Shown here: positions 13,005-26,095 of the stretch, in pieces | Layout: each line of letters begins with the position of its first letter | Numbering within the stretch: position 1 is the first letter of the stretch | DNA from: Eledone cirrhosa | Lineage: Eukaryota | DNA: 64,000 nt | Direction: 5' to 3' | Assembly: GCA_964016885.1 (NCBI GenBank) | Contig: OZ024766.1 | Location: 558,001-622,000, forward strand | Position numbers and translations under genes: made by a program | Notes under the pieces: generated by a model | Database searches by the model: none | The model's input: the letters and a program-made list of their open reading frames with translations, nothing else | What the model was told of the DNA's origin: nothing

Positions 13005-13264
13005 CAAAGGAATTGTGGTAAGGAACCAGATGGACCATAACGCACCAGAGTACTCAAGACTTAGGGTAGTAGAGTGGGAAATAGGAAAAAGTATGACCCC
13101 GACGGCAGAGCTCAAGCCGTTTCGACGGCTATTTCTGGACTCCAGAAATAGCCGTCGAAACGGCTTGAGCTCTGCCGTCGGGGTCATACTTTTTCCTATA
13201 TATATATCATCATCATCATCATCATTGTTTAACGTCCATCTTCCACGCTTGCATGGGTTTGGAC

Positions 13265-13302
<38 letters not shown>

Positions 13303-13692
13303 TATATGTATATATATATATATATATATATAATGTACACATAGACACAAATAAACACATATATATATCATCATCATCATCATCATCACTGTTTGATGTC
13401 TATTTTTCCACACTTGCATGACTTGTCAGGTTGTTGTGTTATGAGACAATTCATGTCAGGTAATCATATCTCGTTCATCCAGAACTGGTTCTGGCAGGTT
13501 TTCTACGGCTGGATGCCCTTCCTGACACCAACCACGTTTGCAGGGTGGAACTGGGAACTTTTTTATCACGGCACCAGCATTCCCATTTTACAGGGTGGAC
13601 TGGCATGCAAACTTTAACCTACAGTTAGTAGGCATCTCTTAACCCAATACACACCCCACCCCACACACGCTACTCCGTCCTCTCATTTCCGT

Positions 13693-15345
13693 CCACTATA
13701 AAGTGGTCATGTAGGTGTCACGACAAAAAGTACCCAGTCCACACTGTAAAGTGGTCATGTTGGTGTCACAACAAAAAGTACCCAGTCCACACTGTAAAGT
13801 GGTCATGTAGGTGTCACAACAAAAGACACCCAGTCCACACTGTAAAGTGGTCATGTAGGTGTCACAACAAAAAGCACCCAGTCCACACTGTAAAGTGGTC
13901 ATGTTGGTGTCACAACAAAAAGTACCCAGTCCACACTGTAAAGTGGTCATGTTGGTGTCACAACAAAAAGTACCCAGTCCACACTGTAAAGTGGTCATGT
14001 AGGTGTCACAACAAAAGACACCCAGTCCACACTGTAAAGTGGTCATGTAGGTGTCACAACAAAAAGCACCCAGTCCACACTGTAAAGTGGTCATGTTGGT
14101 GTCACAACAAAAAGTACCCAGTCCACACTGTAAAGTGGTCATGTAGGTGTCACAACAAAAAGTACCCAGTCCACACTGTAAAGTGGTCATGTAGGTGTCA
14201 CAACAAAAAGCATCCAGTCCACACTGTAAAGTGGTCATGTAGGTGTCACGACAAATAGCACCCAGTCCACACTGTAAAGTGGTCATGTAGGTGTCACAAC
14301 AAAAAGCACCCAGTCCACACTGTAAAGTGGTCATGTTGGTGTCACAACAAAAAGCACCCAGTCCACACTGTAAAGTGGTCATGTTGGTGTCACGACAAAT
14401 AGCACCCAGTCCACACTGTAAAGTGGTCATGTAGGTGTCACAACAAAAAGCACCCAGTCCACACTGTAAAGTGGTCATGTAGGTGTCACAACAAAAAGCA
14501 TCCAGTCCACACTGTAAAGTGGTCATGTAGGTGTCACGACAAATAGCACCCAGTCCACACTGTAAAGTGGTCATGTAGGTGTCACAACAAAAAGCACCCA
14601 GTCCACACTGTAAAGTGGTATTGTAGGTGTCACAACAAAAAGTACCCAGTCCACACTGTAAAGTGGTCATGTTGGTGTCACAACAAAAAGCACCCAGTCC
14701 ACACTGTAAAGTGGTCATGTAGGTGTCACAACAAACAACACCCAGTCCACACTGTAAAGTGGTCATGTAGGTGTCACAACAAAAAGCACCCAGTCCACAC
14801 TGTAAAGTGGTCATGTAGGTGTCACAACAAAAAGCATCCAGTCCACACTGTAAAGTGGTCATGTAGGTGTCACGACAAATAGCACCCAGTCCACACTGTA
14901 AAGTGGTCATGTAGGTGTCACAACAAAAAGCACCCAGTCCACACTGTAAAGTGGTCATGTAGGTGTCACAACAAAAAGCACCCAGTCCACACTGTAAAGT
15001 GGTCATGTTGGTGTCACAACAAAAAGCACCCAGTCCACACTGTAAAGTGGTCATGTAGATATCACAACAAAAAGCTCCCAGTCCACACTGTAAAGTGGTC
15101 ATGTAAGTGTCACAACAAACAACACCCAGTCCACTCTGTAAAGTGGTCATGGAGGTGTCATAACAAAAAACACCCAGTCCCACACTATAAATGTGGTTGG
15201 TGTTAGGAAGGGCTTCCAGCTGTAGAAAACCTGCCAGAGACAGTCCTATACGAGCGAGACACGGTCACCCGACCAACCTTGCCCCAAGTGGGACAACTTC
15301 AGTCTAACCCATGCTAGCGTGGAAGATAGACGATGATGATGATGA
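13693..15345 (+). repeat. 48-bp minisatellite (about 31 units) ending in a SINE tail
   Basis: Reverse complement of the 5338 unit. Confidence 0.95.
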
Positions 15346-15514
15346 TAATTATGATATATATATATGTATGTATGTATATATATATATACATATATATATA
15401 TATGGGGAGGGTCATATTTGTATAATAATATTGCCAGAATTAATAATAGAACACACTCACTGTTTGGTTGGTTTTTGTATGTGTGTGGGTGTCCCTGTGT
15501 GTATGTAATGTATG

Positions 15515-16500
<986 letters not shown>

Positions 16501-16712
16501 CCCCACACACACACATAGAGGTGTGTTATGTATTGACAGGTGCAAGACCAATACAAGTTTCTACCTGTGAGTAACCAATAGTGATTGAGAAATCAAAGTA
16601 AATATTGACCAATGATTAATGATTATTGATTATTGATTCCGTGTGGTGTTCATCAATACACTGCCCTTGAAAAATGGGTGAACATCACGTAGGGAGGATT
16701 GGTGTCACGTCT

Positions 16713-17810
16713 CACCACCATCACAACCACCACCACCACCACCATCATCATCATCATCGCCACCACCATCACAACCATCACCACCATCACCACCATCACC
16801 ACCATCATCACCATCTCAACCACCACCACCACCATCACTACCATCACCACCGTCATCACCACCACCATCACCACCACCGCCACCATCACAACCATCACCA
16901 CCATCATCACCACCACCATCACCACCACCACCACCATCACAACCATCACCACCACCACCACCACCACCATCATCACCACCATCGCCACCACCATCACAAC
17001 CATCACCACCACCACCACCATCTCAACCATCACCACCACCATCACCACCATCACCACCATCTCAACCACCACCACCACCATCACCACCATCTCAACCATC
17101 ACCACCATCATCACCACCATCACCACCACCATCACCACCATCACCACCACCATCACTACCATCACCACCGTCATCACCACCACCATCACCACCATCACCA
17201 CCATCACCACCATCTCAACCATCACCACAACCACCACCACCATCACCACCACCATCACAACCATCACAACCATCATCACCACCACCATCACCACCACCAT
17301 CACCACCACCACCATCATCACCACCACCATCACCACCATCACCACCATCATCACCACCACCACCATCATCACCACCACCATCACCACCACCATCACCACC
17401 ACCACCATCATCACCACCACCATCACCACCATCACAACCATCACCACCACCACCACCATCACCACCACCACCACCATCACAACCACCACCACCATCACCA
17501 CAACCACCACCATCACCACCATCATCACCACCACCACCACCACCATCACAACCATCACCACCATCACCACAACCACCACAACCATCATCACCACCACCAC
17601 AACCATCATCACCACCACCACAACCATCACCACCACCACAACCATCACCACCATCACCACAACCACCACAACCATCATCACCACAACCATCATCACCACC
17701 ACCACAACCATCACCACCACCACCATCACAACCATCACCACCATCATCACCACAACCATCACCACCATCACCACCACCACCACTATCACCACCACCATCA
17801 TCATCATCAT
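16713..17810. repeat. (CAC/CAT/CAA)n simple repeat
   Basis: Direct inspection. Confidence 0.95.
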
Positions 17811-18049
17811 TTTATGTCATATTTCCGTTGTTAACCCTTTAGTTACCAAACTGGCCAAAACCCTTTTCTGGTTCTATGAAATAAAACAACCCATTTTAAA
17901 GGGTTCCAGTTTATATTAAAACCTTTCAACATAATTTTATATAAGAACCTTACATTAAGTTACTTAGTAATTAAGCAATTAATAATTAATAATTTTAGTA
18001 AATCCCTCAAAATTCTTCATTAATTAATTGAAATACAGTGTTCTTATTT

Positions 18050-18932
18050 ATAATAATAATAATGATAATATTGTGTACAGTGCTCAGGTGCACTACAACT
18101 CGTCAAAGGTGTATGTTTAGTACATAGAATAATACACAAATGTCAGGGAAGTACATGTGTGTATGTGTTAGCTGTAGTGTTGGCGGATCTCGGGAAGCAT
18201 GGAGGCCTTAAAGGATGCAGTGTCTCGACAGCTAACAACTGATGCAGGTAGTTTGTTCCATGGAGGTTTTAAAGGATGCAGTGTCTCGACAGCTAACAAC
18301 TGATGCAGGAAGTTTGTTCCATGGAGGTTTTAAAGGATACAGTGTCTCGACAGCTAACAACTGATGCAGGTAGTTTGTTGCATGGAGGTTTTAAAGGATG
18401 CAGTGTCTCGACAGCTAACAACTGATGCAGGAAGTTTGTTCCATGGAGGTTTTAAAGGATGCAGTGTCTCGACATCTAACAACTGATGCAGGTAGTTTGT
18501 TGCATGGAGGTTTTAAAGGATGCAGTGTCTCGACAGCTAACAACTGATGCAGGAAGTTTGTTCCATGGAGGTTTTAAAGGATGCAGTGTCTCGACAGCTA
18601 ACAACTGATGCAGGTAGTTTGTTGCATGGGGGTTTTAAAGGATGCAGTGTCTCGACAGCTAACAACTGATGCAGGAAGTTTGTTCCATGGAGGTTTTAAA
18701 GGATGCAGTGTCTCGACAGCTAACAACTGATGCAGGTAGTTTGTTCCATGCTTCAGCAACTCTGAGCGTGAAAAAATGTTTCCGAAAGTCATGGGAACTG
18801 TGCTGTTTTCTTACTTTGTCGGCATGTCCACGTGTGTTAGACACATGGAAATCAAAAAGGTACTCAGGGTTGTTGTTGGCAACATGGTTAACAATTTTGT
18901 GGGTGTTTACTAAGTCAGTTGCCAGGCGTCGG
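18050..18932 (-). mobile_element. CR1-clade LINE 3' end with internal 61-bp tandem array (about 9 units, 18211-18749)
   Basis: SNTRGHADKVRKQHSSHDFRKHFFTLRVAEAWNKLPASVV (the CR1 C-terminal TRGH..FF..RV..WN.LP motif), followed by a 3'UTR and a (TTA)n tail. Confidence 0.88.
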
Positions 18933-18967
18933 ATTTAAATTAAAATCTCTCAACATAATTTTATATA

Positions 18968-19338
18968 AGGGCGGTGGTTGGCAGTATCGGTAGAGGATCG
19001 GACACCATGCTTTGACGCATAGAGTTACGGCCCTTGCCATTCTGTGTTCAAATCTCGCCGAGGTTGACTTTGCCTTTCATCCTTACGGGGTCGATAAAAT
19101 AAAGTACCAGTAATGCACTGGGTAATTGCTGGCCTTGTGCCTAGAGTAGAAACAATTATTTTATATAAGAAGTCGGACACCATGCTTTGAAGAATAGAGT
19201 TACGTCCCTTTATGATCTGAGCTCAAATCCCGCCGAGGTTAACTTTGCCTTTCATCCTTACGGGGGTCGATAAAATAAAGTACCAGTAATACACTGGGGT
19301 AATTGCTGGCCTTGTGCCAGATGTAGAAACAATTATTA
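18968..19338 (+). mobile_element. SINE family B head-to-tail dimer
   Basis: Two copies matching 310-500. Confidence 0.85.
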
Positions 19339-19451
19339 TTATATAAGAAGCTTGTGTTAAGTTACTTAATAATGAAATAATTAATCTAAACTATAACAAA
19401 GTAAGGAGTGCAGTACTGCGTACAGAATATAATTTTTTTGTCCTTTCATAC

Positions 19452-19511
19452 TTTCGAGGAAGTACTGGGGTCAATTCTTCCTCGATAGGAAAAAAATGGC
19501 TATGTTCAGAC
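19452..19511 (-). CDS. Candidate internal exon (SEHSHFFPIEEELTPVLPR)
   Basis: ccaccag|G...CGAAA|gtatga, 60 nt, with only one open frame (phase 2-2). It is a unique island next to a (GGT/AGT)n array. Confidence 0.35.
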
Positions 19512-19512
19512 C

Positions 19513-20025
19513 TGGTGGTAGTAGTGGTGGTGGTGGTGGTGGTGGTGGTGGTGGTACTAGTAGTGGTGGTGGTGGTGGTGGTGGTGGTGGTACTAGTAGT
19601 AGTAGTAGTGGTGGTGGTGGTGGTACTAGTAGTAGTAGTGGTGGTGGTGGTGATAGCAGTAGTAGTAGTAGTAGTGGTGGTGGTACTAGTAGTAGTAGTG
19701 GTGGTGGTGATAGCAATAGTAGCAGCAGCAGTCATAGTAGTGGTGGTGGTGGTGGTACTAGTAGTAGTAGTGGTGGTGGTGGTGGTGGTACTAGTAGTAG
19801 TAGTAGTGGTGGTGGTGGTGGTACTAGTAGTAGTAGTGGTGGTGGTGGTGGTGGTACTAGTAGTAGTAGTAGTGGTGGTGGTGGTGGTACTAGTAGTAGT
19901 AGTGATGGTGGTAGTGGTGGTGGTGGTGATAGCAGTAGTAGTGGTGGTGGTACTAGTAGTAGTAGTGGTGGTGGTGATAGCAATAGTAGCAGCAGCAGTC
20001 ATAGTAGTGGTGGTGGTGGTGGTAC

Positions 20026-20065
<40 letters not shown>

Positions 20066-20082
20066 GGTGGTGGTGGTGGTAC

Positions 20083-20122
<40 letters not shown>

Positions 20123-20356
20123 GGTGGTGGTGGTGGTACTAGTAGTAGTAGTAGTGGTGGTGGTGGTGGTACTAGTAGTAGTAGTAGTGGTGGTGGTGGT
20201 GGTACTAGTAGTAGTAGCAGTAGTAATAGTAGTAGTAGTAGCAGCAGTAGTAGTAGTGGTGGTGGTGGTGGTGGTACTAGTAGTAGTAGTAGTAGTAGTA
20301 GCAGTAGTAGTAGTAGTAGCAGTGATAGTAGTAGTAGTAGCAGTAGTAGTAGTAGT
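19513..20356. repeat. (GGT/AGT)n simple repeat
   Basis: Direct inspection. Confidence 0.95.
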
Positions 20357-20519
20357 TACAATAATAAATGCAAGTGGTTAAAACAACAGAAGCCGGCAGG
20401 AGTGCGACGATGATGATGATGATGATGATGATGATAATGATGACGATGATGATGACACCAGCAATAAACCAATCATAATAACATAATAATATGCCATATG
20501 TGTTTGTATTTATAAATAT

Positions 20520-20594
<75 letters not shown>

Positions 20595-20781
20595 AAAAAG
20601 TATGACCCCGACGGCAGAGCTCTAGACTCGAAAAATAGCCGTCGAAACGGCTTGAGCTCTGCCGTCGGGGTCATACTTTTTCCTATTTCCCGCTCTACTA
20701 CCCTAAGTATTGAGTACTCTGGTGCGTTATGGTCCATCTGGTTCCTTACCACACTTCCTTTGTTATATATATATACTATAT

Positions 20782-21115
20782 GGAGGCACATGGCTTAGTG
20801 GTTAGAGCATTGGCCTTGCAATCGAAAGGTTGTGAGTTCAATCCTCAGACCGGGTGATGTGTTGTTTCCTTGAGCAAGACACTTTATTTCACATTGCTCC
20901 AGTTTACTCAGCTGTAGAAATGAGATGATAGGGACTGGGATCCCTATCATTCCACTGCAAAGCGGTCGTGGAGGTGCCACGGCAAAAAAGCACCCAGCAC
21001 TCACTGTAAATGAGGTTGGTGTTAGGAAGGGCATCCAGCTGTAGAGATCAAGCCAGAGTCTGTTCCCGTCCCACCCTTGCAAGCAGGGAAAAGTGGACGT
21101 AAAATGAAATGATGA
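20782..21115 (+). mobile_element. SINE family A copy
   Basis: As 10061. Confidence 0.9.
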
Positions 21116-21262
21116 TATATATATATATATGTAGAAGTTCTATTTAGATAGTTGGGATACAACAAGAAAATATTTTTATAACTGATATAAAGCACTCAAC
21201 AAATTATTGTAGTAAAAATACGATATATTAACAAATGGAAACTATATTTATAAAACCATATT

Positions 21263-21327
21263 TATTTCATTATACATATTTCAAGGACACCAAGTCAAAT
21301 TATAATGCGCTTTCATCAGATAAAATA
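21263..21327 (-). ncRNA. Type I hammerhead ribozyme motif (same family as 12797)
   Basis: Minus strand reads TATTTTAT-CTGATGA-aagcgcatta..tggtgtcctt-GAAA-TATGT-ATA^ATGAAATA. Confidence 0.8.
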
Positions 21328-21767
21328 TAATATAGATCAGTTTTATAAATAAATATTGACATACCCTTAAAGAATGCGACCATTTCTGTTGGAAGCTCCT
21401 GAACCTTTTCCTATATATATATATATATATATTGTTATACTTTGGGAGGGTCATGTTGCCAATAAGAAACACACGCACCTGTTGCTTTCACTTCAATTTA
21501 TTATAATACATTTATAAATTTCCGGTTGGTTGGTTCCACAACCAGATGATTGTTTATATATTATCAAAGTTCTTTCGTCACACATTCTGTGACCTCTTCA
21601 GTGACTGGGGATTCTTTTCTTTGTTTTTGTGCCTCTCGTTTGTTCTGTCCCACGCCATCTTGTTTTTGTGTGTTTCTTATTGGCAACATGACCCTCCCAA
21701 AGTATAACAATATCGGTTTCAACACACGTTTTCAGATAAAGAATCTTGCTAAACAAATTCAGAAACG

Positions 21768-21806
<39 letters not shown>

Positions 21807-21981
21807 TATAGAGTAGTACTTCACTATTTTCCTTAGTAATATGAGATAAACTCTATTTACTTCCTGTTGTTAAGGCCTGTTGTTCATGTAGCAGAGTGTT
21901 TAGAATTCAATATTAGAAAAGTCAAGGATAAGAAATTATTATATATTCTGACATTTCTACGCAAGTATTGAACAGAGTATA

Positions 21982-22535
21982 TCATCATCATCATCATTTT
22001 ACGTCTGCTTTTCCCTGCTTGCAAGGCTGGGACGGGTCCTATTCAGCACAGCATCTCTCCACTTGTCACGGTCCCTCGTCATCTCCACAGTGAGCTTCAG
22101 CGATCTGAGGTCTGTTCTCACCACCTCCGCCCATGTTTTTTGTGGTCTACCTCTACCACGTCTTCCTTCAACTGGCATTTCCTGGCACTTCTTCACCCAT
22201 CGGTCATCCTCCATGCGCATCACATGTCCATACCACCTCAGTCTCCTCTCCCGTACACTACATTCTATCCCTCTCAGACACAGTTTCTCTCTCAACACAT
22301 TAAAGCTGGGTCGTTCACGCACATTGACATTGCACATCCAACGGAGCATGCTTGCCTCATTTCTCTCCAGCCGTCGCATATCCTCTGCAGTTGCTGCCCA
22401 TGTCTCACTACCATGCAGCATCGCGCTCCTCACACAGGCATCATACAACCGGCCTTTCGTACGCAGGGAGAAACCCTTCTTCATCAACAGAGGAAGCAGC
22501 TCCCTAAACTTCTTCCAACCCGTCCTTATTCTAGA
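21982..22535 (-). mobile_element. RTE-clade LINE 3' end
   Basis: KGRLYDACVRSAMLHGSETW..RRLRWYGHVMRMEDDRWVKK..GRGRPQKTW..DRDKWR, ending in an (ATG)n tail. Confidence 0.92.
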
Positions 22536-22616
22536 TACTATATATATATACTCTGTTCAATACTTGCGTAGAAATGTCAGAATATATAATAATTTCTTAT
22601 CCTTGACTACTACATA

Positions 22617-22755
22617 GGTGGTGAGAACTGACCTCACGTCGCTGAAGCTCACGGAGGAGATGACGAAGGAACATGGCAAGTGGAGAGATGCTGTGCTGAA
22701 TAGGACCCGTCCCACCCTTGCAAGCAGAGAAAAGCAGGCGTAAAATGATGATGAT
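22617..22755 (+). mobile_element. RTE LINE 3' tail fragment, opposite orientation
   Basis: Homologous to 21982-22130 and ends gcgtaaaatgatgatg. Confidence 0.8.
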
Positions 22756-22826
22756 ATTTATATATTCTGACATTTCTAGGCAAGTATTGAATAAATAATA
22801 ATTTCTTATCCTTGATTTTTTTTATA

Positions 22827-22887
<61 letters not shown>

Positions 22888-22888
<1 letters not shown>

Positions 22889-23945
22889 TGATATCAGTAT
22901 GGGAGCAAGTGACTCAGCTGAAGTTAGCGACCTGGTGGGCCTGTATATTCTGTACCACCTGAAGAACCTTTTCACAGGCCTGACTGGAGGATTATACCGA
23001 GACGATGGCCTTTTTGCTTTGCACAAAGTAAACCCCAGAACCACTGATGGGTTTCGGAAAAAACTTCAACTCGTTCTTTCGTAATCTAGGTTTTAGAATA
23101 AGCATAGAATCAAATATGACTAGGGCCAACTTTTTAGATGTCACTCTAGACTTAGATACTTCCCTCTATTACTCCTACCACAAACCTAACGAATCCCTTA
23201 GATACATAAATGTTAGTTCGAACCACCACAAAAATATTATAGATAATTTAGTTAAAAGTGTTTCGCTTAGAATTTCTGGTCTCTCGGCCAATGAAGATAT
23301 TTTTAGTGCCTCTGCCCCTTATTGTAATGAAGTCCTTGCCCGCAGTGGCTTTAAAGAAAAGATTACCTATCTAGAAAACACCCCAAAACCACTAAGGAGA
23401 AATAGGACTTTCTTCAAATTACTAAATATACACTTCCCCACACAACATAGGTACTACACTATCTTTAATAAGACTACAATAAGACTCTCCTACTCCACTA
23501 CACCTAACCTAGCTAGGAATATAGCCAATCTCAACACTACTAAATTAAATAAGCCTACTACCTCCGAAACCCACCCCTGGACGGGAGCATTGTGCTACTG
23601 CATCAATAAGGCAGCCTGCCCACTTGAAAACAAATGCCTGATGAATGACATCGTATATAAATGTGATGTTGTCGCAGGCATTGATAACAACAATAAAAAA
23701 ACATATATCGGCATGACATCCAACAATTTTAAGACACGGTGGTACACCCATACCCACTCATTCAGAAGACCAGACAAATCCAACACTCGCCGCCTATGTC
23801 TGGGACCTCAAGAGGAACTCCACCCCTTTCACGCTCAAATGGAAATTACTCCAGAGGGCATGCTCATACATAGGAGGACACAAGTGTTGCGACCTTTGTA
23901 TTTCGGGGAGCTATGAAATACTATTTGCCAAGGGCCCTACTTGAC
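22888..23945 (+). mobile_element. Penelope-like element fragment (RT C-terminal half + GIY-YIG endonuclease), frameshifted; resembles Naiad-type PLEs
   Basis: RT motifs SMGASDSAEVSDLVGLYIL..GGLYRDDGL..NFLDVTLDL..KPN..YINVSSNH, then CYC..CPL..CL..IVY..YIGMT..FKTRW..H, and after a frameshift LAAYVWDLK..KWKLL..CDLC (GIY-YIG). It starts at a (TA)n tract. The clade call is from motif recall. Confidence 0.9.
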
Positions 23946-24166
23946 TTTTCTACTTGTATAAGCGTACTTGTATGTGTGTGTATGTGCGTGTATGCCTGTA
24001 TGTACTTATGTGTATGTATGCATTTGCGTGTGTATATATATATATATATGTGTGCGCGTGTGTGTGTGTGTTTGTATGTACATATGTGCATGTATGCATT
24101 TGCATGTGTATATATATGTGTGTGTGTGTATGTGCCTGTATGTACTTATGTGTATATATGCATTTG

Positions 24167-24199
<33 letters not shown>

Positions 24200-24203
<4 letters not shown>

Positions 24204-24502
24204 TGTTGTTTCCTTGAACAAGACACTTTATTTCACATTGCTCCAGTTCACTCAGCTGTAGAAATGAGATGATAGGGACTGTAAAGTGGTCGTGGAGGTG
24301 CCACGGCAAAAAAGCACCCATCACTCACTGTAAAGTGGTCGTGGAGGTGCCATGGAAAAAAAGCAGCCAGCACTCACTGTAAATGAGGTTGGTGTTAGGA
24401 AGGGCATCCAGCTGTAGAAATCAAGCCAGAATCAGTTCCCGTCCCACCCTTGCAAGCAGGGAAATGCAGACGTAAAATGGTGGTGGTGATGATGATGATG
24501 AT
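24200..24502 (+). mobile_element. SINE family A variant (no head, half the hairpin missing, two 49-bp units)
   Basis: gatagggactgtaaagtgg junction and a duplicated internal unit. Confidence 0.85.
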
Positions 24503-24571
24503 ATATATATATATATATGTGGTAAGTAGAATCAAAGTCAGTGTTGCAGCATATGTACAAACTTTAATGTT

Positions 24572-24656
24572 ATATTACAATTGTTTTGATATCAATCAGC
24601 TCAGGGTACAATCAAAATGACGGGGTCCACCCCTTTCTTTGACATCTCATCAGATC
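24572..24656 (-). ncRNA. Decayed hammerhead motif
   Basis: CTGATGA-GATGTCAA...TTGATATC-[A]AAAC-AATT-GTA: 8-bp stem II and palindromic ACAATTGT stem III. G12 is changed to A at a CpG. Confidence 0.55.
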
Positions 24657-24831
24657 TGTGTATTTTATATGTGCAAAGACACATTTGAACTCGTCACAAA
24701 GATTCCGAGATCCATTTATATACACATAAAAACTAAACAGACTCAGCAAAGCAAACCACACAGTACAATGGAGAAATATATTAGTTTAACGCTTGAAATA
24801 AATCTGTGTGCATGTATCTGTAACTCTTTAA

Positions 24832-25038
24832 CCCTTTAATGTTCAAACCGGTCCAAACCAGCCAGAATTCTCTACTTCTTTCTATTGAAACTGGCTGTAA
24901 CTGGTCACTCAAACTGATGTTAAGGTATTGTTCTCAAAATAAATACTTTCAAAATCTCATAGATTTGATATTATGTGAGGTAAAGCATTTACCATGAAAA
25001 TATGATAGTATATATAGAGTAATGGGAATGCTAAAGGG
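24832..25038. mobile_element. piggyBac-type MITE
   Basis: TTAA-CCCTTTA...TAAAGGG-TTAA, with a paralogous empty site ctct-TTAA-tatttacac at 26416-26432. Confidence 0.85.
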
Positions 25039-25211
25039 TTAATATTTACACACACACAAACAAACACAGTGTATTTCCTATCTCAGTCATGTGGCCACAA
25101 TAAAAAGTTAACTTTCCTATCACAAGGTCCTGGCTTCTAACCCTACATTTGTCCCTGTAAAATAGTTATTTCTCCAAAGTTACTCAACAATTTAAATTTA
25201 ATTGTACCATG

Positions 25212-25558
25212 TCATCATCATCATCATCATTTCATTTTACGTCCGCTTTTCCCTGCTTGCAAGGGTGGGACGGGAACTGATTCTGGCTTGATCTCTACAG
25301 CTGGATGCCCTTCCTAACACCAACCTCATTTACAGTGGGTGCTGGGTGCCTTTTTTGCCGTGGCACCTCTACGACCACTTTGCAGTGGAATGATAGGGAC
25401 CCCAGTCCCTATCATCTCATTTCTACAGCTGAGTAAACTGGAGCAATGTGAAATAAAGTGTCTTGCTCAAGGAAACAACACATCACCCGGTCTGAGAATT
25501 GAACTCACAACCTTTCGATTGCAAGGCCAATGCTCTAACCACTAAGCCATGTGCCTCC
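25212..25558 (-). mobile_element. SINE family A copy
   Basis: As 10061. Confidence 0.9.
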
Positions 25559-25930
25559 ATATATATATATATATATATTTTACGCGATTACTGGTCCCAA
25601 TAACTTTTTTTTAGTTTATTGGTCGCACCAACCTAAAGTATCTGATTTTTAATGCGATGAAATACCAATGATGGTTGGCAAATCACTAACGAAGGACCTT
25701 TTTTATCATATGTAACCCATGTGCAAACCACCCAGTATTCTTCTTTCTTCTCATGTTTTTATATATATATATATGCCTTTATTTTTAAATGTTCTCATTC
25801 CTTGTATTTTGATTATGCTTTATTTTTATTTATTATTTATTAGATTTTTGTCTTTATTTGTTAATTTTTCATTCGCACCGTTTCCTTTCGCTATATGTCT
25901 CTCCACCACTCCCCTACACACCTTTTGAAC

Positions 25931-25967
25931 TCTTACCTGAAGAAGGGCTTATGCCCGAAACGTCGTC
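25931..25967 (+). ncRNA. Minimal hammerhead motif inside a (TA)n-flanked repeat (about 25578-26055)
   Basis: CTGAAGA-A-GGGC ttat GCCC-GAAAC-GTC with a palindromic ACGT stem III; stem I is only about 2 bp. The 3' end of this repeat recurs inverted at about 10511-10577. Confidence 0.55.
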
Positions 25968-26051
25968 CTCCACCTACCCCCCACTCTCCTGAGCGTGAAT
26001 CTAATAAACATTTGTCGTACTGCCTCTCTGTTCTGTCCCTGTTCAATTTTT

Positions 26052-26095
<44 letters not shown>

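Noticed and set aside
13696-15183. 495-aa Cys-rich repeat ORF (and the 326-aa ORF at 5304-6284)
   Set aside because: It is open only because the SINE-derived unit is 48 bp (a multiple of 3). The sister 49-bp array gives no long ORF, and there is no splice or promoter evidence.
16541-16567. Plus-strand 27-nt micro-exon (gacag|...|gtgagt)
   Set aside because: The splice signals are plausible, but no partner + strand exons were found nearby.
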